The position numbers and the translations under genes are program-made. Below are positions 1 to 7,596 of a stretch of DNA of 46,718 nucleotides, one piece after another; position 1 is the first letter of the stretch, and the number at the start of each line of letters is the position of its first letter. This stretch comes from Candidatus Woesearchaeota archaeon (lineage in GTDB: Archaea; Nanobdellota; Nanobdellia; Woesearchaeales; UBA10216), in contig JAGVYT010000043.1 of the NCBI GenBank assembly GCA_018303115.1, positions 1-46,718 of the forward strand, given 5' to 3'. The notes under the pieces are model-generated. The model was not told the origin of the DNA. It saw nothing but the letters and a program-made list of their open reading frames with translations, and made no database searches.

Positions 1-585
1 TCCTCCTGTCAGGAACTCCACGTAACTTTCTCCAGTCAGCCGCATTTTATTATTTGCATAGGCGTAAAAGTCCCTGAGCTCTGTAGCCTGAAAGTCCTCG
101 CTTATTAACACCTCTGAGCATGCAAAACAGGCTGCTTCAACTCCTCCGTCAGGGACCTCCTTATACACCTTGTCGCTGGCATCGCCGAAACTGCGCCAGC
201 ACTTTGTCATCTCGCCCAAAACAAAATCCTTGAGCAGCCTTTCCCTTTCTTCCGGCTCATTATCCTCTATTTTAGGTATTTCCTTGTCCACATCATCTGC
301 GCTTACCACGTCTTCACTTATATAAGCATACCTCTTAGAGCAGTCTATGCGGAAAGGGTTGGGGGCTCTTGCAGTAAACAAAGTGAATTTCCATGCTTTC
401 ACCCCATAGCTTATGTCCATGCTTGCGGCAACAATGCTAAGCCTGCATTTTTCAACATCCGTGGAAGCCTTAGCAATCTTTGTAACATTGATGAAGGGGT
501 TTATAATGATTAAAATCGCCACAGTGGCCAACATAAGGCCCGCAAGTTCAGTCTTTGTTATGCCTTTTTTATCGAAAAACCTCAT
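1..585 (-). CDS. hypothetical protein, N-terminal part only (gene runs off the left edge); type IV pilin-like (class III) signal peptide
   Basis: Not in the supplied track because no stop lies inside the window. My own reverse-complement translation from the ATG at 585-583 reads MRFFDKKGITKTELAGLMLATVAILIIINPFINVTKIAKASTDVEKCRLS... and stays open to base 1. The nearest upstream in-frame stop is at 696-694 with no earlier ATG. KKG/ITKTE followed by a hydrophobic helix resembles a prepilin-peptidase site (Gly-1, Glu+5). Confidence 0.55.
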   Translation of the reverse strand, partial: MRFFDKKGITKTELAGLMLATVAILIIINPFINVTKIAKASTDVEKCRLSIVAASMDISYGVKAWKFTLFTARAPNPFRIDCSKRYAYISEDVVSADDVDKEIPKIEDNEPEERERLLKDFVLGEMTKCWRSFGDASDKVYKEVPDGGVEAACFACSEVLISEDFQATELRDFYAYANNKMRLTGESYVEFLTGG

Positions 586-837
586 AGCGCTCAGCTTCTT
601 CCCATAATTCCTGTCAACAAAACAATAATCACTATTATCGCCACCGCAATAAGAGCCATAACCATGACATTCATCTCTGCAAAGCCTGCACTCTTACATC
701 TAAACACGCCCTTAAAACGCAAAATTACTTATATAATGTTTGTGGTGAGCGTAATAAGCTCACCCTCTCTTGATGTCTTATACTGGGTGTTAAGCCAAGT
801 TTCTAACTGCACACCCGCTGGTTGTGGTCTACGACTT

Positions 838-876
838 CACTTTCCCCTCCCACGCAAGTTAAGGGAGGGGAAAGTG
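838..876. repeat. perfect 14-bp pyrimidine/purine hairpin (family copy 1): CACTTTCCCCTCCC-11 nt-GGGAGGGGAAAGTG
   Basis: Arms 838-851 and 863-876 are exact reverse complements. The hairpin is enclosed by an outer helix GTGTTAAGCCAA (787-798) / TTGGCTTAACAT (933-944) that covers the ATG at 943. Related hairpins lie at 5844-5881 and 6067-6124. Confidence 0.6.
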
Positions 877-942
877 AACCAAGGCATAGCTTTGGCACAG
901 CTAGCGAGGCGGTTGAGTGCGCGCTTAACAAATTGGCTTAAC

Positions 943-2952
943 ATGTTCGGAAGAATTAAAAAACGAGCCAGACTCCTTGTCATTATGGGCATCGGGAAGA
1001 CTTTAGACGATTTAATCGCAAAGATAAAAATCCCCCCTAAACTTATGGGCGTGGCAAGCGTGCCTTTAACATCTGTTCTAATTTACTCTATAGCAGATTA
1101 TTCTTTAAACCAACCAGCAGGAGACATTAGGCTTCCAGCTCTGGCTGTTTGTATATCATTATTAGGTGCCGTCGGAATAACAATCCACCTTGACCAAATA
1201 AAAGCTTTTACAGAACTTGGCATCCAGGAAGACGATTTTAAAAAATATGACGGGACAGTTACCCCTGCTCCTGAAAAAGATAAAAATCTCGTGCAGAGAA
1301 TATGGGATTCATGGCTGCTGCACCCCAAGATATCAGGCTTTGCTATCGGCACAACACCAACTGCTTTTTATTTTTATAAAGCCTTATCTTCCGGGTATTT
1401 GGACCTTATGGCTATGGCCCAGAGAAGATACGACACCGCACTTTCTCTAGGAAGTTATGGGCTTTTATGTTATTTTAGCTATTTCACTGTGAAAGCCCTA
1501 TCCAGAATGGTAAGCACAAGCGCTGCACCCCTATTTTTCGGACTGTTCCCTGCAATACTATCTCTTAATACCAGAGCAAAAATCAGAGCGCTTGAGCGGT
1601 TATCCAAAAAAACACCTAATAAAGGCTACCACTTCGATTTAGCCAGATACTACATTGAAGAAAGTGAATTAGACACCGCCTTAGAGATAGCAAAAGAGGC
1701 TGTATCTCTGCCCCGCCTTTCCCTTCCCACTCTAAAATTTTCAGATACTATAAAATTCAAAATAACTTTCGGTTATGCAAGATTTAGGCAAAACAGAGGA
1801 AACATAGCGGTAGGTGTAGCTTTGGCATGGCATTGCAATGAGCTGGGGCGTCCTGAAATAGCAGACAAGATTTTAAGCCAAATGACTGAAGAAGCAGATT
1901 CTGCTGAAGCAAGCGCCGTTGCTGCATGGTGGCTGACTGAAGCGTTTGGAAGGAAAGACGAGGCTGAAGCCCATTGGAATAGCACATTCCAGCACCTTTT
2001 TGATGACCCCTCGGTTGTTGTTAAACCAGTAGGCGAAGGCATAAACCATGTCTACCAGCTTGGCGGAAAGTTCATGAGAGACCTCCTTATGTTCAAAGAG
2101 ATGCCCCCTGAAAAAATAAGGGACGAAAGAAGGGTGATGGCGTTTATGACAGCGCTCCCGAAGGAGCCAATATACTCCCAGCCAAGAGACATAGCCACTT
2201 TCATTTACAGAAACGGCTCCCAAAGGCACGTTCTTGTCCTTCAGCGCTCACAAGGAAAAACATTTCTTGAAAAGGCAAGGCAGGGCTCTGTTCCTTACGA
2301 CGACTTATTAACAGCCATAGATTACAGCTTCTTGCTATACAGAAGCATACCTCCGGACTTCACGTCTGCAAAAAAGGCGGATTTAAAGTGGAAGCTGGCA
2401 AGCATAGTGGAAAACCCGTATTTCGGGCTGCCGCAGGATTTGCAGCAGTCAATAAAGCGCCATGCAGAGCTTATAGCAGAGGATTTAACAGGCTACGATG
2501 TTTTCGCCCTTGACCCCCATATCGGCAACTGGCTTACTGACGGAAAAGTTCTTACAAAACTTGACTGCGAAGGCGGCAGGGACAGCCTGTTCAAAGACCT
2601 GGCAAAGCTACTTACCCACGCTGAGCTTTCATTAAGCGGCAACGAACTTTATTCACTGCAGCAGGAAGCTGCTTTGAGGTGCGCGGGGGTGCCTTTTATA
2701 CCTGCCGATACAGACAGTTTCATGAGGCTGCTGCTGCAAGGCTTGTTTATGCAGAGGCTTTCCTTCTCTTCTGCATGGAGCATTCCCGGAATGGAATACA
2801 TGAGAGACAAGAGGGCGGCAGAGATTGCAGGCACTGCAAGGCTTTTTGACATGCTAAAACGGGGTTACCCGCGCCACTATGCTTTAAACAAACTGAGCTA
2901 CGATGGCCTTGAAAGCGACTTCAAAGGCGTAGAAGAACTGCTAGTTGATTAA
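943..2952 (+). CDS. orphan multi-pass membrane protein with TPR-like middle region and C-terminal protein-kinase-like domain
   Basis: Track ORF 664-2952, trimmed to the internal ATG at 943 (MFGRIKKRARLL...). The 664-942 stretch contains a TATA-like TTATATAA (729-736) and the 838-876 hairpin. Several hydrophobic helices occupy the first ~200 aa. TPR-like LARYYIEESELDTALEIAKEA follows. Kinase-like motifs are read by eye: G-loop GEGINHVY, LMFK, catalytic-loop-like LDPHIGN (D-x4-N) and KLDCEG. Confidence 0.5.
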   Translation: MFGRIKKRARLLVIMGIGKTLDDLIAKIKIPPKLMGVASVPLTSVLIYSIADYSLNQPAGDIRLPALAVCISLLGAVGITIHLDQIKAFTELGIQEDDFKKYDGTVTPAPEKDKNLVQRIWDSWLLHPKISGFAIGTTPTAFYFYKALSSGYLDLMAMAQRRYDTALSLGSYGLLCYFSYFTVKALSRMVSTSAAPLFFGLFPAILSLNTRAKIRALERLSKKTPNKGYHFDLARYYIEESELDTALEIAKEAVSLPRLSLPTLKFSDTIKFKITFGYARFRQNRGNIAVGVALAWHCNELGRPEIADKILSQMTEEADSAEASAVAAWWLTEAFGRKDEAEAHWNSTFQHLFDDPSVVVKPVGEGINHVYQLGGKFMRDLLMFKEMPPEKIRDERRVMAFMTALPKEPIYSQPRDIATFIYRNGSQRHVLVLQRSQGKTFLEKARQGSVPYDDLLTAIDYSFLLYRSIPPDFTSAKKADLKWKLASIVENPYFGLPQDLQQSIKRHAELIAEDLTGYDVFALDPHIGNWLTDGKVLTKLDCEGGRDSLFKDLAKLLTHAELSLSGNELYSLQQEAALRCAGVPFIPADTDSFMRLLLQGLFMQRLSFSSAWSIPGMEYMRDKRAAEIAGTARLFDMLKRGYPRHYALNKLSYDGLESDFKGVEELLVD

Positions 2953-3794
2953 AACGTCATGCTTCTCAATCTCTTCGCGCGCTCCGCAATCGGCGGATGC
3001 GTGCTAAACAGACCGGCAATTCCGCCCCTGAAGGGATTGACTATGAACAAGCTGGAGGTTGCACGGCTTCCAAATCTTAACGGGTTGCTTGTTGCCGAGC
3101 TTTCAAGCTTTTCCAAAGCCCTTGCAAGCGGCTCGCCGTTTTTCAGGGCCTTGGCGCCTGAGCTGTCTGCCAAATACTCGCGGCTTCTGGAAATTGCAAG
3201 CTGAATGATGGCGGCAATTATTGGGGTGATTATTGCCAGGGCAATCAGCGAAAACATGTTTCCCCTGTCCCTGCCCCGCCCTCCGCCGAATATTGCAGCA
3301 AACTGCGCCATCATCGCTAAGTAAGATATTACGCCAGCAATAGTGGCAGCTATTGTTGTAACAAGCATGTCCCTGTTTTTAACATGGCTGACTTCATGGG
3401 CAATAACGCCTTTGAGCTCTTCTTTACTAAGCAATTTCATTATCCCAACTGTGCAAGCGACCACGGCATTTTTAGGATTTCTTCCGGTGGCAAAGGCGTT
3501 TGCAGCTTCTGAAGGAATAATGTAAACAGCAGGCTTTGGAATGCCGGCTTCCTTTGAAACTTCCTCAACTATGTCATGCAGCCCCTTATACTCCTTTTTG
3601 TCTGCGGGTTTAGCCCTATACATTGCCAGAACTATCTTGTGCGAAAACCAAAAAGAGCCGAAGTTCATGATTAAAGCAAACATTATGGCTATTGTAAGCC
3701 CTGTCCTGCCTCCAAGGAGCTGGCCTGCGCCAAGCATCAAGGCAGTAAGCAGTGCAAGAAGCATTACAGTTTTAACTTGATTTATAATGCCCAC
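2949..3794 (-). CDS. htpX: M48 family zinc metalloprotease HtpX
   Basis: HEVSHVKNRD (HExxH) motif, four hydrophobic segments and a typical HtpX C-terminus (FSTHPPIAERA). Confidence 0.9.
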   Translation of the reverse strand: MGIINQVKTVMLLALLTALMLGAGQLLGGRTGLTIAIMFALIMNFGSFWFSHKIVLAMYRAKPADKKEYKGLHDIVEEVSKEAGIPKPAVYIIPSEAANAFATGRNPKNAVVACTVGIMKLLSKEELKGVIAHEVSHVKNRDMLVTTIAATIAGVISYLAMMAQFAAIFGGGRGRDRGNMFSLIALAIITPIIAAIIQLAISRSREYLADSSGAKALKNGEPLARALEKLESSATSNPLRFGSRATSSLFIVNPFRGGIAGLFSTHPPIAERAKRLRSMTF

Positions 3795-3836
3795 AGTATC
3801 CTTGGAATAGGCAGGTGCTTAAATACGTTTTCTTTT

Positions 3837-4550
3837 CTATCTGGAATACAAGCTAGATGAGGATTCTCCACCATCTACTGGCAACAAGGCCCCTGTTATG
3901 AATTGTGCGTCATCTGAAGCCAAAAACAACACGGCTTTTGCTACGTCTTCAGGATAGCCCACGCTGCCCATCGGATTTAATAATGCATAAGCGTTAAACT
4001 CCATTTGAGAAGGAAAGGCGTTCCTTAGTAACGGAGTATCTATAGGACCCGGCAGAACAGCATTAACCCTGATGCCATCCATGGCATATCGCTGAGCCAA
4101 TGCCTTTGTGAGCATGTTTATCGCAGCTTTGGTCATGCAGTAAGCGGGAGACTTCGGCTCCGGCACAATGCCCAACCCTGAAGAAATATTTACTACATTT
4201 CCCCTGCTCTGCTTAAGGAGAGGAATTGCGTGCTTGCACATCAGATAGTAGCCTTTTATGTTTGTGTCCACTATCCGGTCCAATTCTCCTGAAGTCGTCT
4301 CTTCAACGTCTGACTGAATGTAGACACCTGCATTATTGACAAGAACCCCCAACCCGCTTATGTTAGCGAATGCAGCTTTTATTTGCCTTTCTCTGCGAAC
4401 GTCAACCCTGCAAAATTCCACACCATCATAATCGGGTTCTTGAAGGTCAAAAATTATTACTTTTGACCCGATTCCAAGAAAGGCTTTTGCAACAGCCTTT
4501 CCTATCCCGCTTGAGCCGCCAGTTACAAGCACTGTTTTTTCAATGCCCAT
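3837..4550 (-). CDS. short-chain dehydrogenase/reductase (SDR family)
   Basis: TGGSSGIGKA Rossmann motif, NNAG, and catalytic YCMTKAA (YxxxK). Confidence 0.85.
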   Translation of the reverse strand: MGIEKTVLVTGGSSGIGKAVAKAFLGIGSKVIIFDLQEPDYDGVEFCRVDVRRERQIKAAFANISGLGVLVNNAGVYIQSDVEETTSGELDRIVDTNIKGYYLMCKHAIPLLKQSRGNVVNISSGLGIVPEPKSPAYCMTKAAINMLTKALAQRYAMDGIRVNAVLPGPIDTPLLRNAFPSQMEFNAYALLNPMGSVGYPEDVAKAVLFLASDDAQFITGALLPVDGGESSSSLYSR

Positions 4551-4786
4551 CGCTTTTACGGGAATGCAGAGCCTTTTATCAAATTTACGCTGTTATAAGT
4601 AAAGTAACAATATGCTAATTACTATATTGATAAAAATATTATACGAACAGAATTTGGATTGCTTTTTAAGCATTATTATTCTTGAAAACCGCAAAGTATT
4701 TATATATAAATTATATAGATAAGGCAGGAATTGGGGGATAAGAAGAGCTTTTTTAGCTTTTTTTATGCTCAAAAAATGTGATTACA

Positions 4787-5290
4787 ATGAAACTAACAGA
4801 GAAGAGAATCGAGGAAATCCTGACTGAAGCAGTTGGAATAGACGTCCTGAAGATTGTCCGCTTCTTGAAAGGAAAAAGGGACGTTTCAGAGTTCAAGGTA
4901 TCTTCAAAACTCAAGATGGACATACAGGAAGTCAGAAACATTCTTTACAGGCTTCATAACAGCAACCTGGTTACTTACAAGCGCAAGAAAGACAACAAAA
5001 AGGGCTGGTATGTGAGCTACTGGACTTTCAACAAAAGCAAGGTAAAGGAGCTTCTTAAGAAAATAAACACTGAAAAGCTTGAGAAGTTCAGGGAACGCCT
5101 TAATGTTGAAAGCAGCAACCTCAACTCATTTTTCATGTGCCCAAAGACATGCACAAGAATGGACTTTCATAACGCTATTAACTATAGTTTCCGGTGCCCT
5201 GAGTGCGGAGCGCTAATGCAGCAGCAGGACAACGTGAAGACAATAACCTTCCTGAAAGAAAAAATAAGGGAAATCGAGGCAGTCGCTTAA
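4787..5290 (+). CDS. tfe: transcription factor E, alpha subunit (TFE)
   Basis: Winged-helix N-terminus (DVSEFKVSSKLKMDIQEVRNILYRL) plus a zinc ribbon CPKTC...CPECG. The track ORF starts at GTG 4778; ATG 4787 (MKLTEKR) is preferred. Confidence 0.8.
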   Translation: MKLTEKRIEEILTEAVGIDVLKIVRFLKGKRDVSEFKVSSKLKMDIQEVRNILYRLHNSNLVTYKRKKDNKKGWYVSYWTFNKSKVKELLKKINTEKLEKFRERLNVESSNLNSFFMCPKTCTRMDFHNAINYSFRCPECGALMQQQDNVKTITFLKEKIREIEAVA

Positions 5291-5343
5291 TTTTTTAATG
5301 AGCTGAAGATTCTATGCTTAAATGCGACAAGTGCAGCCGCTTA

Positions 5344-5790
5344 TTAACCATCCTCAAAATCCATAAGAACAGGGCTTTCTGCGACAACTGCAAGGCGTGG
5401 ATTGGCTGGGCAAAGCCCGGCTAACCCCTCCACCTGCCTTATTCGGGTATTCCTGAACAAAAATTCGCGGAAGTAATTGTCCACCTCAACGCCAAGAAAC
5501 TGCAGCTGAGTTCTTAGTTTACCGTAAAGCTTTCGCCCTTCCCTATCCAAATCTGTTAAAATAATAACCTCTTTATTTGCAGAAGCAACGCTTTCTATCA
5601 TTTTATACAACGGCCTGTCATTCAAGCAGCAGATGTTTTTCACTCCAAACGACTGCAGCGCCTTTTTGTCCTTAACGCCCTCAACTATTACCAACTTGCC
5701 TGTTTTGCTTAGCTTATTTAGAAACCCCTCTACCGCAATTCTATTCTCCATAATCATTAAGGCGATTTCATTATATTTAATAATTTCCAA
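5344..5790 (-). CDS. small Toprim-domain protein (RNase M5-like)
   Basis: Toprim signatures: VIVEGVKDKKAL (conserved Glu) and VIILTDLDREGRKL (DxD). Divergent from the primase gene. Confidence 0.7.
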   Translation of the reverse strand: MEIIKYNEIALMIMENRIAVEGFLNKLSKTGKLVIVEGVKDKKALQSFGVKNICCLNDRPLYKMIESVASANKEVIILTDLDREGRKLYGKLRTQLQFLGVEVDNYFREFLFRNTRIRQVEGLAGLCPANPRLAVVAESPVLMDFEDG

Positions 5791-5796
5791 TGCAAT

Positions 5797-5928
5797 GGCG
5801 TTGTCCTAAAAGGGCTTTCTCGCATGTTTATCGCTTCCTTTTTACTTTCTCCCTCCTTGCTTTGCAGAGGAGGGGGAAAGTAAGCGAGCATTCGGGGCAA
5901 CAGCGGGAACAGGATTTAGGACAGCGCC
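5797..5928. repeat. structured element: 14-bp outer helix enclosing pyrimidine/purine hairpin (family copy 2)
   Basis: GGCGTTGTCCTAAA (5797-5810) pairs with TTTAGGACAGCGCC (5915-5928, one G-U). The inner hairpin is ACTTTCTCCCTCC (5844-5856) / GGAGGGGGAAAGT (5869-5881), extended by TCGCTT / AAGCGA. Confidence 0.55.
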
Positions 5929-5940
5929 CAATACAATTTA

Positions 5941-6031
5941 TAGAGGACTTTGAATAACCCCCTCATATTTAACTTTTGTTCAAAGTCCTCTAAGACAACT
6001 TTGGCAAAAAGAGGGTTAATTAAAGTTGTCT
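5941..6031. repeat. two adjacent perfect hairpins (14 bp and 10 bp stems)
   Basis: TAGAGGACTTTGAA (5941-5954) / TTCAAAGTCCTCTA (5979-5992). AGACAACTTT (5993-6002) / AAAGTTGTCT (6022-6031). The loops contain partly complementary CCCCCTC and AGAGGGTT. Confidence 0.55.
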
Positions 6032-6066
6032 ATAATGGTAAAGTCAAGTTAAATGTGTTTTGTCTG

Positions 6067-6124
6067 CCCACTGTTATTTTCCCTCTCCTTGCCTAGTCGA
6101 GGAGAGGAGAAAATAAGCAGTGGG
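6067..6124. repeat. long pyrimidine/purine hairpin (family copy 3)
   Basis: CCCACTGTTATTTTCCCTCTCC (6067-6088) pairs with GGAGAGGAGAAAATAAGCAGTGGG (6101-6124) with two single-nt bulges. The loop TTGCCTAGTCGA resembles the loop of copy 2 (TTGCTTTGCAGA). Confidence 0.6.
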
Positions 6125-6211
6125 TTGGGAAAGTAACACCGGTTAGTCGGCTTTACCTCTATTTTACCTCTATAATAAACTATTTAATACTGGCTCTTAT
6201 CCCCACTTTCC

Positions 6212-7578
6212 ATGATTCACCTCAGCAATTCTCTTCAGCATTACAAAAGGCCTGAGATACAGGAAGCAATAGCAGAGCACGCCTCCAACAAGGAGGTTGC
6301 TGCCCGCTTCAACGACCGCTTCGGAAAGAGGCCGGACGTTTTGCAGTATCCGAGTGATGTCCTTGAGATGGCTAGGAAAGGAGCAACTTCCTTCCACTGC
6401 TCAGAAGAGCTTTGGAGCAATCCATTGCAGCTAAAGCCATTGATGAACAGAAAAGAGCTTGACAACTTGCGAGTCGGTTGGGATTTGGTGATTGATATAG
6501 ATTACAAAGATTTTCAATATTCCCAATTAGCTGCGGATCTTATAATAAAGGCGCTACGTCATCATAACATTCATAGCGTTTCAATAAAATTTTCAGGAAA
6601 TAAAGGATTCCATATTGGAATGCCGTTTGAAGCGTTTCCTTCAGAATACAAAGGCATAGATATGAAACTACTTTTTCCAGACGCCACAAAGAGAATTGTC
6701 CTTTATCTTAACGAAAAAATAAAAACCCAACTTACAAAAAAACTTTTAGATGTCGAAGGCGGCAATATTGCTAAAATAGCAGAAAAACTTGGCGTTTCTT
6801 TCAACGTATTGAGCAATGTCGATAAGGTTAAAAAAATAGCAAACTTAATGCACAATTCATTCCTTAATACCGATTTAGGACTTATATCCTCACGACATAT
6901 GTATAGAATGCCTTATTCACTACACGAAAAATCAGGGCTTGTTTCATTACCTATACCTGTTGATGACATAATGGCTTTTGATAAAAATTCGGCAAAACCT
7001 GAGAAATTACAGCTTTCAGATGTAACATTTTTGGATAGGACTAAAGCAGCACCATCGGAAGCCGCTGACTTATTTACGAAAGCTTATGATGCAACGTTTG
7101 AAGTCCCCGTAGCAGATAAGACAGAAAAAGAGTATGAAATCCCCGCAGAGGCAGTGCCTGAAAAGTTCTTCCCGCCATGCATACAAAAGCTGCTGCTTGG
7201 GGTAGAGGACGGGAGGAAAAGAACATTATTCATCCTTACTAATTTCCTCGCAAGCTGCTACAAAAGCTGCTGCTTGGGGTAGAGGACGGGAGGAAAAGAA
7301 CATTATTCATCCTTACTAATTTCCTCGCAAGCTGCGGCTGGGGCTACGAAGCCATGGAAGAAAGACTGAGGGAATGGAACAAGAAAAACCGCGAGCCACT
7401 GCATCAAACATATTTCCTTGGGCAGCTGCGCTACCACAAGCAGCATAAAAAGAAGGTACTGCCGCCAAACTGCCACAACCAGGCATACTACCAGGACTTA
7501 AGAGTTAAATGCGAAGAAAGCATATGCAGCAAATTCAAGAACCCGGTAGGGTATGCGAGAAGGAAGGCCGGCCACTGA
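6212..7578 (+). pseudogene. priS: fused PriS / PriL-CTD-like DNA primase, reading frame broken by a 77-bp tandem duplication (possibly an assembly artefact)
   Basis: ORF 6212-7282 carries PriS motifs: DLVIDIDY, FSGNKGFHIG and SRHMYRMPYSLHEKSGL. ORF 7354-7578 continues a Cys-rich PriL-CTD-like domain (PPC..., LASC, PPNC, VKCEESIC). Deleting one 77-bp copy joins both frames into one 429-codon ORF (...FLASCGWGYEAMEERLREW...). Confidence 0.8.
7182..7335 (+). repeat. exact 77-bp tandem direct duplication (2 copies)
   Basis: 7182-7258 and 7259-7335 are identical base for base (TACAAAAGCTGCTGCTTGGGG...CTCGCAAGCTGC). 77 is not a multiple of 3. Confidence 0.95.
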
Positions 7579-7588
7579 CTACAAAACC

Positions 7589-7596
7589 TTTATAAA
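7589..7596 (+). promoter_or_regulatory. TATA-box candidate for the rpl3 operon (leader of ~200 nt)
   Basis: TTTATAAA lies within the palindromic CTTTATAAAG just after the primase stop. A T5 run (terminator-like) follows at 7605-7609. Confidence 0.35.

Noticed and set aside
413-607. Plus-strand 64-aa ORF
   Set aside because: It is the antisense shadow of the minus-strand pilin-like gene (1-585), which has the more protein-like translation and a signal peptide.
591-659. 22-codon minus-strand ORF MALIAVAIIVIIVLLTGIMGRS upstream of the pilin-like gene
   Set aside because: It is too short and nothing supports it. It is hydrophobic by virtue of a T-rich sequence. It is recorded only for completeness.
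664-942. N-terminal 93 codons of track ORF 664-2952
   Set aside because: This stretch contains a TATA-like box and the perfect 14-bp hairpin with its outer helix. The translation (…CTPAGCGLRLHFPLPRKLREGK…) is the hairpin read through. The internal ATG at 943 gives a plausible basic-then-hydrophobic N-terminus.
5797-6124. Replication origin (ORB-like dyads with G-strings next to the primase gene)
   Set aside because: No orc1/cdc6 gene is adjacent and there is no AT-rich unwinding stretch between the repeats. The dyads do not match the ORB or mini-ORB consensus as I recall it. The G-runs belong to the hairpin purine arms.
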